DNA of 63,922 bases, the filler included, from Chiloscyllium plagiosum (Eukaryota), in the NCBI RefSeq assembly GCF_004010195.1. It is 3 parts of one record of this genome, joined end to end, with 100 filler letters (N's around TTAATTAATTAA, not from the genome) between each part and the next. Parts side by side here need not be neighbours in the genome. Positions count along the whole stretch, not along the records: positions 27,990 to 56,063 come from NC_057714.1; 2 more parts are not named here. One strand, 5' to 3'. Below, piece by piece: positions 38,221 to 50,509 of the stretch. The position numbers and the translations under genes are program-made. The notes below the pieces were generated by a model. That model saw only the letters and a list, made by a program, of their open reading frames with translations. It had not been told where the DNA came from and did not search any database. Within the stretch, counting starts at the first letter, position 1. Each line of letters starts with the position of its first letter.

Positions 38221-38715
38221 ATCAACCTCTCTTTAAAAGCCTCCCGTATATCGAATGAGGATTTACCTTCAACCACCTGCTCCCAATCCACATTCCCCAG
38301 CTCTTGTTGAATTGAGGGTGATTAAAGGTGGCCCGGCTCCCACGTGTGTACCGGAGTTTAGGTCTTTCCTTGGACTGATGGTGTTATTAAAGGAAGTTCA
38401 TACATAATCTGGCTTCCATTCCGGCACCCTTCTATCTGCTATTAAAAAAGGGTCAGCCTTGGAAATGGTCTTGTAGCCAAGATGTAGCCTTTGGGGAAGT
38501 GAAGAAGCAGCAATCTTCATCTGAGGTGTTGGCACATGATGATCCCAAGTCAGATCTGGTGTCGAGATGCGATGCCTCTCCATATGGTATATTAGGGTCG
38601 TGTTAGATCACAGTTGGCTCAATGGAGAGGAATGCCCAATGGCATATGCTTCCCAGGTTGTGGCTGATGCAGAGCACAAATATGCCCACATAGAGAAGGA
38701 AGGTTTGGCGGTCTT

Positions 38716-39034
38716 TAGATAGATAGATAGATTACTTACAGTGTGGAAACAGGCCCTTCGGCCCAACAAGTCCACACCGCCCCGCCGAAGCGCAACCCAC
38801 CCATACCCCTGCATTTACCCCTTACCTAACACTACGGGCAATTTAGCATGGCCAATTCACCTGACCTGCACATCTTTGTGATTGTGGGAGGAAACCGGAG
38901 CACCCGGAGGAAACCCACGCAGACACGGGGAGAATGTGCAAACTCCACACAGTCAGTCGCCTGAGGCGGGAATTGAACCCGGGTCTCTGGCGCTGTGAGG
39001 CAGCAGTGCTAACCACTGTGCCACCGTGCCGCCC
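38716..39034 (-). mobile_element. HE1-type V-SINE nested in Gypsy RNase H
   Basis: Full head, V-domain and tail; splits EGLAV|FFGM. Confidence 0.93.
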
Positions 39035-40464
39035 TCTTCTTTGGTATGAGAATGTTCCACCAATACCTTTACAGATGTGAATTTATATTAATAACAGACC
39101 ACAAACCCCTGCTAAAGCTAGTTGAAGAAGACAAGACCTCGCCGCCCATAACTTCAGGTCAAATTCAGCGGTGGGCTCTCATTCTAAGTATGTACAATTA
39201 CAAGTTGGAATGCTGTCTGGAAAGCCAAGTAGCAAACACAGATCCCAAAAGAGAAAATGCTGGAAAATCTCAGCAGGTCTGGCAGCATCTGTAAGGAGAG
39301 AAAAGAGCTGATGTTTTGAGTCTAACTGACCCTTTGTCAAAGGGTCCAGAAAGGTTTCAATTCTGTTTGTGATGGCCCTTTTGTTTCCCCCATCACTACC
39401 AGTTGTTCTCCAGAGGGGATGGCATTTTATTATGGGGAGTAAGTGTAATTGTCCCAACCAAATACTGGCTGAATTCCACCAGGGTCATCCAGGGGTGTCC
39501 AAAATGACGTTGTTGGCCAGGATTGTTGGTGGGAGAGTGCCCAAAATGCCAACAAGGACCAAGCGTACCACCAGCAGCTCCCCCAAGTTTGTGGGAATTG
39601 CCATAAAAACCCTGTACTCGGTTACACATTAGTTAGAAAGACTATGCCAGCCTTTCATGGGTTCGACATGCTTAGTCATTGTGGATGCCCTCTCAAAGTG
39701 ACTGGATGTGCATGGAGTCAAACACAGGAATGACGATGGAAAAGCTGCGAGCATCTTCTGCAATACACAGCCTCCGAAAGTGTTTGTAACAGACAACCAG
39801 CCATCATTTACCAGCATGGAATTCTAGTATTTCCTCAACTCAAATGGCAGTCTGCATATAGGTAGACAAGCAGGAGGCTGGAAGATCACATGGCAAAGAA
39901 CTCATGCCATCTGGCTTGCTGTGTTCTTCCAGCCTCCTGATGTCTACCTAATCTACAGAATGCCATTCAACTTTAGGAAATACTTGAACTCCTGGTCATC
40001 ATTTACCAGGATGGAATTCAAGTATAGAGCTGTCTTTATATGCAGAATTAGAGACAAAAAAAACCTGCATTGCTGGATTCCAAGGTAGACAAGGTAGGCT
40101 GGAAGAACACATGGCAGAGAACTGTTTTTCCAACCTACCTTGTCTACCTTGGAATCCAGCATCTACAGTTTTTTTTGCCTCTAATTCTACATATAAGGAC
40201 AGCTCTATACCATCCATTGTGCAATGGTCTGGAGGAAAGAGCAGTCCAAATTTCGAAGGCAGGCATAAAGAAACAGCCGACAGCTTCACTCAATACCAAC
40301 CTATCCCGGTTCCTGTTTGCTTGTTTCCAAGGAGTGGAGTCAGAGGGAGGAGCACACAGTGATGAGTACAAAAACTAACTTACCTTGGGGATTTGGGGCC
40401 TTGTTTCTGGGGGAGGAGCACACAGAGCAGTGAGTATAAAAACTAACTGACCTTGGGGATTCGT

Positions 40465-41870
40465 GGCCATGTGGAAAATCGCTAATGTAACCTCCCTGTT
40501 TAAGAAGGGAGTGAGGCAAAAGACAGGAAATTACAGACCAATTAGCCTGACATTAGTTGTTGGTAAGATTTTGAAGTCTGTCATGAAGGATGAGATTTCT
40601 GAAAACTTGGAAGTGCATGGTAAAATAGGGCAAAGTCACATGATTTCATCAAGGGGAGGTCATGCCTGACAAATCTGCTAGAATTCTTTGAGGTGGTAAT
40701 GAGCAGGTTAGACCAAGGAGACCAATGCATGTTATCGATCTGGACTTCAAGAAGGCCTTTGACAAGATGCCACACAGGAGGCTGCTGAGTAAGATAAGGG
40801 CCCATGGTGTTAGAGGCAAGGTCCTCGCATGGATAGAAGCTTGGCTGTCTGGCAGGAAGCAGAGAGTGGGGATAAAAGGGCCCTTCTCAGGATGGCAGCT
40901 GGTGACAAGTGGTGTTCCACAAGGGTCAGTGTTGGGACCACAACTTTTCACTTTATACATTAATGATCTGGATGAAGGGTCTGAGGGCATTTTGGCTGCG
41001 TTTGCAGACAATACAAAGATAGCTGCAGGGGCAGGTAGTATTTAGGAGGTGAGGAGGCTGCAGAAGGATTTGGACAGGTTGGGAGAGTGGGAAAAGAAGT
41101 GGCAGATGGAGTACAATGTTGGAAAGTGTGAGGTCATGCACTTTGGTAGGAAGAACAGAGGCATGGACTATTCTCTAAATGGGGAGAAAATTCAGAAATG
41201 TGAAGTGGCAAAGAGCCTTGGGAGTTTCAGGCCAGGATTCTCTTAAGGTTAACTTGCCATTTGAGTCAGTATTTAGGAAGGTAAATATAATGTTGGCATT
41301 TATTTTGAGAGAACCAGGACATAAAAGCAGAGTTGTACTTCTGAGACTTCCATCAGGCTTTGGTCAGACCACATTTGGAGTATTGTGAGCGATTTGGGTG
41401 CCATATCTCAGGAAGGATGTACTGGCCCTGGTCCAGAGGAGGTTCATGCGAATGATCCCAGAAATGAAAAGCTTAACCTATGAGGAACGTTTGAGGACTC
41501 TGGGTTGATACTCAATGAAGTTTAGAAGAATGAGGAGAGATCCAACTGAAACATACAGAATACTTTTGGGCCTGGACAGAGTGGACAATGGCAGGAGAGA
41601 TTAGAACCCGAGGGAAGACCTTTAGAATGGAGATAAGGAGAAGTTTCTTCAGCCAGAGAGTGGTGAAATCTATGGAAGTCTTTGCCACAGAAGGCTGTGA
41701 AGGCTGGGTCATTAAGTATAGTTAAGACGGAGGTAGATAGGTTCTTGATTGTCAATGGGAGAAAGGGGGAGAAAAGGGTTGAAAAGCTTATCAGCTATGT
41801 TTGAATGGTGGAGCAAACTTGATGGGCCAAATGGCCTAATTTCTACTCCTATGTCTTATGGTCTTATTAT
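40465..41870 (+). mobile_element. CR1-clade LINE nested in the Gypsy integrase
   Basis: [55 protein letters not shown] tail. Confidence 0.9.
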
Positions 41871-42344
41871 AGGACCACCCCTCATGCAATGACAGGGATA
41901 GCTCCAGTAGGGTTGCTAATGGGGAGAAGACTGCGCACCAGGTTAAACCTGACCTTCCCGGACCTGAGGGGGTGGAAGGGCGAAACGGCATCGGGAACAC
42001 CAATGCTGGACACAAGATTACGCAAGGCGAGAGAGTGTTTACTTCAAGGGACCAAGTTTGGTGTTGAAACCATGGAAATGGCCCTGCATGTGTAACAGGT
42101 ATGGTGGACACAAGATCAGCTCCCATGGCGTACAAGGTTTGGGTAGGTGTGATGGTCCTGAACAAGGCTATTGGAATCCCTGTGTTCTACCCAGCCTTCT
42201 TGTGTCAAAGAAACCTCGGACACAGTGGATTCACAGTCCCAATGCCTTTATCATCTGAAGAAGGAGGTGTATTTTTTCTGATATGCCTCAGGGTGAAGAG
42301 GTGGGCGAGGATCCAGTGCATGCCACCCATATCTGAGGCAGAGT

Positions 42345-42723
42345 CAGAGGCTGAGGGGTGACTATATAGAGCTTTATAAAATCATGAGGGGCATGGATAT
42401 GGCAAATTGACAAAGTCTTTTCCCTGAGTGGAAGAGTCCAGAACTCAAGGGTATAGGTTTAAGGTGATAGGGGAAAAATTTAAAAAGGACCTAAGGGGCA
42501 ACTTTTTCATACAGAGGATGGTACGTGTATGGAATGAGCTGCCAGAGGAAGTGGTGGAGGCTGGTACAATTGCAACATTTAAAAGGCATCTGGATGGGTA
42601 TATGAATAGGAAGGGTTGGGAGGGATACGGGCTAAGTGCTGGCAAATGGGACTAGATTTATGTAGAATGGACGAATTGGACTTGTAGGGTCTGTTTCTGT
42701 GCTGTACATCCCTATGACTCTAT
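42345..42723 (+). mobile_element. CR1 3' end
   Basis: GNFFIQRMVRVWNELPEEVVEAGTI; CTATGACTCTA tail. Confidence 0.9.
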
Positions 42724-42739
42724 ATACCTTTACAACTTT

Positions 42740-43830
42740 CTGGTTCCAACTGCACTTCTACTCTGTCAGTAGATACTTGCATATATGACTCCCTGTTTCT
42801 CAGTTTCTTCATCTAAGCCATTTAGAATTACAATGAAAGACTCTGGGCCTTGGTACATTAAATCCCCTGGGGGCATTAATTACATTTCTATTAACCCCGC
42901 TCTCTGTCTTATTCCTCATACTTTAGACAGGTCAAAGGTTTGTCTTCAATAACATACATGTTCAGTTTCTGTAAGTAATCTATTTTATGGAACCTTACTG
43001 AGTGCCATCTGTAAATCCATACAAATAATATCCACAACACTCCCTTTGAAACCACATGAGTTATGTCTGCCAACAATGTTTAGCTGGTTTAGTTAGCCCT
43101 GTACAAATCCAGGCTGGTTCTCCCGATTCACATAGGGATTCCATCGGATATGCAGCACAGACTCAAACCCATTCAGCTCAACCTGCCCCTGCTGCAATTT
43201 GTGACCCACTGTCGTCCCACTTGTTCACCAATTCATACTTGTCGAAGTATTTGATCTTTCCATCTCTAATCACAGATTCCAATCATTTCCCCACAGCTGA
43301 TATTGGAAGAATCAATCTGGAATGTTCTCGCAACACTGAAGAGAGATTGGGGATTATCTAATCAAAGGCAGCAGTTCCTGAATTGAGAGAGTTTGGAAAA
43401 TCAACAATTTCCTCACCTGCCGTACTTCTTTCAGTATCCTGAGCTTGGAACCAACATGTCCTACACTCTTCACAATAACCAATTGCATTCTTTTCTCTAT
43501 TTCTGGTTTTAACCTGACATTACATTGAGTTAGTTCCTGCCTTTGCTTTAGTTCTATGCTATTTCAGAGCAGTTTTCTCTTCTTCTATTGGGAATAATTA
43601 TAGGATAATTATTTCACAGGTCTTCCATTTCCTGATTTACATTTCCGTTTCACTGTGTTTGTCTTTAAGATGTTGGGACTATCCTCATCTCCACTCTTTA
43701 TCTTACCAGTGAAACAACTTTGAGAGTTGCTCTTGATGAGTCTGTCAAGTCACCTCTTGAGTTACCTTTTTGCAACTCTTAGGATCTTTTTCTCTTCTCT
43801 ATAACTCAGTCTCGATCTGTGGGATCTTCA
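42740..43830 (-). mobile_element. Ancient, highly decayed CR1 ORF2 fragment
   Basis: Minus-strand remnants of VDII.MD.Q.A..KVP.NRLL and linker-region motifs. Confidence 0.5.
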
Positions 43831-44044
43831 CTAGTATCTATATTTGTGTTAGTCCTTTCCTTAAATTTTACACACATCCGTGATGGGCCAAATGGCCTCC
43901 CACCTTGCTCTCAGCATTCTGCGATTTGATGTAACACACAACTTCTCTTATCAACTGAACGTTTCCTCATTTGGCAAGCAGCAAGGTCTTATATTAAACT
44001 CTCCCTTAACACTTAACTGGACACTTTTATTTCATCTCACTCAC

Positions 44045-44509
44045 CTTTATGTGACTTTCTGCCTTTTCCAAGCTGAGCAGGGAGTGGGTTTTGTGTTTGC
44101 CTGTTATTGTACACGGCCCACACACACACTCTCCATCGTCTTCACAGTAAAACTCCAGAGGCTCCTTGTGTTCACGGCACTGTCTCTCTATCGGATCGCT
44201 GGGAAGTCTGGCCGCAGGCTCACCTACGCTCACCACCTGAAGTTCCCCTCCAGGTAAGGGGAGCTTGGCCGTGAGGGCAGAGGCAGCTGCTTCCTCAGGC
44301 TGGCTTGCCACGTCCGGCCTGGGCTCCGAGACCGACGGATTGGCACACACCGGGCAGTCCAGTCTGCCCACAGCTTTCCCCTTGGCCTGGGAATCCTCGA
44401 TACAGTTGGAGCAAAGGTAATGGCCACAGGGCAGTGCGTCAGAGTCAGGGAATGGGCAGTGGCAGAAGGCACAAGTTGGCTGCTCCTCGGTTATGCCCAT
44501 TTCCTCCAT
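44045..44509 (-). CDS. First coding exon of a TRIM (tripartite motif) E3 ubiquitin ligase-like gene: RING-HC + B-box2
   Basis: Translation contains C3HC4 RING CAFC..CGH..CSNC..CPVC and B-box2 CREH..FYCEDD..CVCGPC..HKTH. The frame ends at a canonical phase-0 donor AAG|GTGAGT (intron starts 44044), the usual end of TRIM exon 1. ATG has a good Kozak context (AGGATGG). Coiled-coil and C-terminal exons were not found. Confidence 0.9.
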
Positions 44510-44689
44510 CCTTAGTGAAACTTCGGGGAGAGTGTAACCTGCAGCAGCAGTCTGCAGTCCGACTGACTGGGAGGGACTGAACTCTGTCTGTTACACTCTC
44601 GAGATTCACTCCAACTGCAGATTAACCCTTCGTCAGCTGCAGCAGATTAACCAGGCTACAGTTTGATAGCTTCTCCTTTGTGTTTACAA

Positions 44690-44770
44690 TGGCTTCCTGA
44701 GATTGGCACAACAACGAGAGACTTGGAGAAACAGAAATCTTTGTAAACGTGGGGACAACTGAAAAGGCAC
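44690..44770 (-). promoter_or_regulatory. Candidate promoter of the TRIM exon: ISRE-like GAAACAGAAA (44728-44737), CCAAT box (44702-44706), AACTGAAA IRF-like half site
   Basis: Motifs cluster about 190-260 nt upstream of the ATG in non-TE sequence. An in-frame stop lies upstream of the ATG near 44590. Motif match only. Confidence 0.4.
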
Positions 44771-46009
44771 AGTTGGATGTATATACAGTGGTGGAGAGTG
44801 CAGCAATAAAGAAGGCACACTAAACATTTATAAGTTATAAATTAGGCCTCAACTTGAGTACAGTGTACAGTTTACAAAGGGATTACATGTAAGGAGTTCT
44901 TAAAATGTATTCATGAGATGTGGGCGTCGCTGGCGGCACCAGAATTTATTGCCCATCCCTAACTCCCAGGAGAGGTGGTGGTCAGCGCCGCCCTTGAACT
45001 GCTGCAGTCCTTGAGACCATAAGAAACAGGAGCAGAATTCGGCCTTTTGGACCATCAAGTCTGCTTCATCATTCAATCATGGCTGCTCTGTTTCTCCATT
45101 CTTTTCCCCGTAACCCTTGAACCCCTTACTAATTGAGAATAATTCACACTGAGAATACCCTCCATGGTGTTGTGTGGCACCATCACTGTGCTAAATGGGA
45201 CAGACTTCAAACAGATCTAGCAACTCAAGCCTGGGCATCCATGAGGTGCTGTAGGCCAACAACAGCAGCAGAACTGTACTCCAGCACAATCTGTAACCAC
45301 ATGGCATGGCATATCCCCCACTCAACCATTACCATCACGCCAGGGAATCAACCCTGGTTCAATGGACAGTGCAGGAGGGCATGCCAGGTGCAGCACCAGG
45401 CATCCCTGAAGATGAGGTGTCAACCTGGTGAAGCTACAAACCTGCCAAACAGCAGAAGCAGCAAGTGATAGACAGAGCTAATCGATCCCACCACCAACGG
45501 ATCAGATCTAAGCTCTGCAGTCCTGCCACATCCAGTTGTGAATGGTGGTGGGCAATTAAACAACTCCCTGGAGGAGGAGGCTCCACAAATATCCCCCTCC
45601 TCAGTGATGGAAGGGCCCAGCACATCGGAGCAAAAGATAAGGCTGAAGCTTTCCCAGCAACCTTCACCCAGAAGTGCTGAGGGGATGGTCCATCTCGGCC
45701 TCCCCCAGTGGTCCCCACCATCACAGGTCCCAGTCTTCAGCCAATTCCATTCACTCCACGTGATATCAAGGAATGGTTGGAGACACTGGATACTGCAAAG
45801 GCCATGGGCCCTGACAACATTCCAGCAATGGTACTGAAGACTTGTGCTCCAGAACTTCCTGCTCCCCTAGAAAAGCTGTTCCAGTACAGTTACAACACTG
45901 GCACCTACCCAACAATGTGGAACATTGCCCAGGTATGTCCTGTACATAAAAAGCAGGATAAATCCAACCCAGCCAATTACCGCCCCATCAGTCTACTCTC
46001 GATCTTCAG

Positions 46010-46212
46010 TCGAGAGTGTGGTGCTGGAAAACCACAGCAGGTCAGGCAGCATCCAAGGAGTAGGAGAATTGACATTTCGGAATGACTGATGAAGGGCTCA
46101 TGCCCGAAATGTCAAATCTCCTGCTCCTTGGATGCTGCCTGACCTGCTGTGCTTTTCCAGTATCACATTCTAAACTCTGATCTCCAGCATCTGCAGTCCT
46201 CACTTTCTCCTA
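46010..46212. mobile_element. Fold-back Penelope pseudo-LTR with hammerhead motif at 46086-46113 (+)
   Basis: Inverted arms; flanking repeat TCTCGATC(T/A)TCAGT (45997-46010, 46214-46227). Confidence 0.8.
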
Positions 46213-46784
46213 TTCTCGATCATCAGTAAAGTGATGGAAGGTGTCCATCAACAGAGCTATCAAGCAGCATCTACTCAGCAATGACCTGCTCAGTGACCCT
46301 CAGTTTGAGTTCCACCAGGGCCACTCAGCTCTTGACCTCATTACAGCCTTGGGTCAAACATGGACAAAAGAGCTGAACTCCAGAGGGGAGGGGAGGGTCA
46401 CAGCCCTTGTCATCAAGGCTGCATTCGACCAAGTTCCTGCATCAAGGAACCCTAGAAAAACTGGAATCAATGGGTATCCAGGGGCAAACCCTCCATTGGT
46501 TGGAGTCATACCTGGGACATAGGAAGATGGTTGTGGTTATTGAAGATCAGTTACTGCAGCTCCAGGACAACTCTGCAGGAGTGCCTCAGGGCAGTGTCCT
46601 CGGCCCAACCATCTTCAGCTGCTTCATCAATGACCTTCCCTCCATCATAACGCCAGAAATGGGGATGTTCGCTGATGATTGCACAGTATTCAGCACATTT
46701 GCGACTCTTCAGATACTGAAGAAGACCATGTCTGAATGCAACAAGATCAGGATAGTATCCAGGCTTGGGCTGACAAGTGGCAAG

Positions 46785-46925
46785 GAGGGGAAAGTGAGGA
46801 CTGCTGATGCTGGAGATCAGAGTTGAAAGTGTGGTACTGGAAAAGCACAGCAGGTTAGGCAGCATCAAGGAGCAGGAGAATTGATGTTTCAGGAATGAAT
46901 GGTGATAAGTGAATGAATGGTGCCG
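46785..46925 (-). mobile_element. Penelope pseudo-LTR end
   Basis: Same family as 14816; flanked by TGA(C/T)AA(G/A)TGGCAAG repeats. Confidence 0.75.
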
Positions 46926-47924
46926 CTGATAAATGGCAAGCAACATTTATACCACACAAATGCCAGGCTATGACCATCACAAATAAGAGACAATCTAACC
47001 ACTGCCCCTTGACACTCAATGATGTTACTATTAATGGATTGCCCACTATCACCATCCTGGGAGTTATTTTAATCAGATACTGAACTGGACTCACCACATA
47101 AACACAGTGGCTTCAAGAGCAGGTCAGAGGCTAGGAATACTGCAGCGATTAACTCACCTCCAGACTCCCTAAAGCCTGTCCACCATCTACAAGGCACAAG
47201 TCAGGAGTGTGATGGAATCCTCCCCACTTGCCTAGATGGGTGCAGCCCCAACAACATTCAAGAAGCTTGACACCATCCAGGACAAAGCAACCCGCTTGAT
47301 TAGCACAACATCCACTGCCTCCAACACTGACACTCAGTCGCAGCAATGTGTACTAACCACAAGATGCACGGCAAATATTCACCTAAGATCCTCGGAGAGC
47401 ACCATCCAAACCCATGACCACTTCCATCTAGAAGGACAAGGGCAGCAGATACATGGGAGACTACCCCCAAGCCACTCACCGTTCCTTTGCTGTCGCTGGG
47501 TCAGATTATGGAATTTCCTCTCTAAGGGTATTGTGGATCAACCCACAGCAGGTAGATTGCAGCAGTTCAAGAAGGCAGCTCACCACCACCTTCTCAAGAG
47601 GGCAACTAGGGACGGGCAATAAATACTGGGTCTAACCAGTGACACCCACATTTCACACAAATGAACAAAAAAAACCCAAGAACCTATCTACCTCTGTCTT
47701 AAATACATTCAATGACTTGGCTTCCACAGCCCTCTGCAGCAATAAGTTCCACAGATTCCCCACCCTCTGGCTGAAGAATGTCCTCCTCGTCTCAGTTCTA
47801 AAGGGTCATCCCTTCCCTCTGAGGCTGTGCCCTCAGGTCGTAGTCTCTCTTATTAGTGGAAACATCTTCTCCATGTCCACCCAATCCAGGCCTATCAGTA
47901 TTCTGTAGTTTCAATCAGATCCTC

Positions 47925-49170
47925 AAAGAGTTCTTTGAGGAAGTGACCAAGTTGATAGATGAAGGAAGGGCTGTTGATGTCACATACATGGACTTTAGTA
48001 AGGTTTTTGATAAGGTTCCCCATGATAGACTAATGGAGAAAGTGAAGTCACATGGTGTGCAGGATGTTCTACTGGGTGGATAAAGAACTGGTTGAGCAAC
48101 AGGAAACAGAGAGTAGTAGTTGAAGGGAGTTTCTCAAAATGGAGAAAGATTACCAGTGGTGTTCCACAGAGGTCAGTGTTGGGGCCACTGTTGTTTGTAA
48201 TATACATAAATGATCTGGAAGAGGGCACTGTTGGTATGATCAGCAAGTTTGCAGATGACACAAAGATTGGTGAGGTAGCAGAAAGCATAAGGGACTGACA
48301 GAGAACACAGAACACAGGAGGATATAGATAGACTGGAGAGTTAGGCAGAAAAGTGGCAGATGGATTTCAATCCAGACAAATATGAGGTGATGCATTTCGG
48401 CTAGACTAATTCTAGAGCAAATTATACAATGAATGGAAGAGCCTTGGGAAAAGTTAATGGGCAGAGAGATCTGGGAGTGCAAGTCCATTGTACCCTGAAG
48501 GTTGCTGCATAAATGGTTAGAGTGGTCAAGAAGGCATATAGTATGCTTGCTTTCATTGGACGGGGTATTGAGTATAAGAGCTGGCAAGTCATGTTAAACT
48601 TGTACAGGACATTGGTTTGGCCGCATTTAGAATACTGTGTACAGTTCTGGTCGCCACATTACCAAAAGGATGTGGACGCTTTGGAGAGGGTGCAGAGAAG
48701 ATTTACGAGGATGTTGCCTGGTATGGAAGGTGCTAGCTATGAAGAGAGGTTGAGTAGCTTAGGATTGGTTTAATTAGAAGAAAGGAGATTGAGGTGGGAC
48801 CTGATTGAGGTTTACGAAATCATGAAGGGTATAGACAGGGTGGGTAGTGCCAAGCTTTTTCCCAGGGTGAAGGATTCAATAATGAGAGGTCACGCTTTCA
48901 AGGTGAGAGGTGGAAAGTTTAAGGGGGATACATGCGGCAAGTACTTCACACAGAGGGTGGTGGGCGTTTGGAACGCGTTGCCAGCAGAGGTGGTAGAGGC
49001 AGGCACGGTAGATTCATTTAAGATGCTTCTGGACAGATGCATGAGTAGGTGGGGAACAGAGGGATACAGTTGCTTAGGAATTGACCGACAGGTTTAGACA
49101 GTACAGTTGGATCGGCTCAGGCTTGGAGGGCCGAAGGGCCTGATCCTGGGCTGTAAATTTTCTTTGTTCT
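47925..49170 (+). mobile_element. CR1-clade LINE 3' part
   Basis: [46 protein letters not shown] tail; same subfamily as 34062. Confidence 0.92.
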
Positions 49171-49307
49171 TAGATTCCCCACCCCCCTCATCGTTTTAAA
49201 CTCCATCAAGTACAGACCCAGAGTCCTCAACTGCTCCTCATATGACAAGTCCTTTATCCTGCTCACAATATTCCATATTGACTCTTATGTAACCTCAGCA
49301 GTACAGT

Positions 49308-50480
49308 TAGAGTCATAGAGTCATAGAGAAGTACAGCACGGAAACAGATCCTTTAACTCGTCCATGCTGACCAGATATCCTAAATTAATCTAGCCCCATT
49401 TGTCAGCATTTGGCCCATATCCCAATAAACCCTTCCTATTCCTATACCCATTCAAATACATTTTAAATTTGTAATTGTACTAGCCTCCACCACTTCCTCT
49501 GGCAGCTTTATCCATACATGCACACCCTCTGTTTGAAAAGGTTTACCCTTAGATCACTTTTAAATCTTTTCCCTCTCACCCCAAACCTATGCCCTCTAGT
49601 TTTGGACTCCCCCACCCCAGGGAAAAGACTTTGTTTACTTATCCTATCCATGCCCCTAATGATTTTATAAAACCTCTGTAAGGTCGCCCCTCAGCCTCCG
49701 ACGCTCCAGGGAAAACAGCCCTAGCCTATTCAGTCTCTCCTTATAGCTCAAACCCTCCAAATGTGGCAACATCCTTGTAAATCTTTTCTGAATCCTTTCA
49801 AGTTTCACAACATCCTTCCTATAGCAGGGAGACCAGAATTGCATGCAATATTCCAACAGTGGTCTAACCAATGTCCTCAACAGCCACAACATGACCTCCC
49901 AACTCCTGTACTCAATACTCTGACCAGTAAAGGAAAGCATACCAAATGCCTTCTTCACTATCCTGTTTACCGGCGACTCCACGTTCAAGGAGCTATGAAC
50001 CCGTACTCCAGCATCTCTTTTTGCAGCAACACTCCCTTGGACCTTACCATTAAGTGTATAAGTCCTACCCTGATTTGCCTTTCCAAAATGCAACACCTCA
50101 CATTCATCTAAATTAAACTCCATCTGCCACTCGTTGGTTCATTGGCCCATCTGAACAAGGTGCCTTACACTCTGAGGTAACCTTCTCTACTACACCTCCA
50201 ATTTTGGTGTCATCTGCAAACTTACTAACTATTCCTCCAATGTTCACATCCAATCGTTTATATAAATGACAAAAAGCAGTGAACCCAGCATTGATTCTTG
50301 TGGCACACCACTGGTCCCAGGCCTCCAGTCTGAAAAGCAAACCTCCACCCCTACCCTCTGTCTCCTACCTTCGAGCCAGTACTGTATCCAAATGCCTAGT
50401 TCTCCCTGTACTCCATGTGACCTAACCTTGCTAACCATAAGGCACCTTGTCAGACACCTTACTGAAGCCTATATAGATCA
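49308..50480 (-). mobile_element. CR1-clade LINE 3' part
   Basis: ORFs 49665-50123 and 50244-50438. Confidence 0.92.
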
Positions 50481-50509
50481 AGTCCACCACTCTGCCAAGT
50501 TCTGCTCTT

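Larger units (their letters stand above)
30451..42340 (+). mobile_element. Decayed Gypsy LTR retrotransposon (5' LTR 30451-32056, PBS about 32058, gag, protease, RT, RNase H, integrase) with nested insertions
   Basis: LTR starts TGTAG with CCAAT and TATAAA; PBS TGGCAACGAG; gag DWAQYVER..ILLTTCG; protease VDTGAAVSVI (about 33050); RT/RNase H FRSFLGL, CDASP, EKEGLAV, TDHKPL; integrase HQGHPG, VTDN, NGLEERAVQ, YRTTPH..LLMGRRLRT. 3' LTR not found. Confidence 0.88.
45130..47672 (+). mobile_element. CR1/L2-group LINE (end of endonuclease, RT, 3' UTR) with two Penelope insertions
   Basis: NQPWFN, KAMGPDNIP, NYRPISLLS, AGVPQGSVLGPTIFSCFINDL, MFADDC; 3' end GGGCAACTAGGGACGGGCAATAAA..poly(A). Confidence 0.88.
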
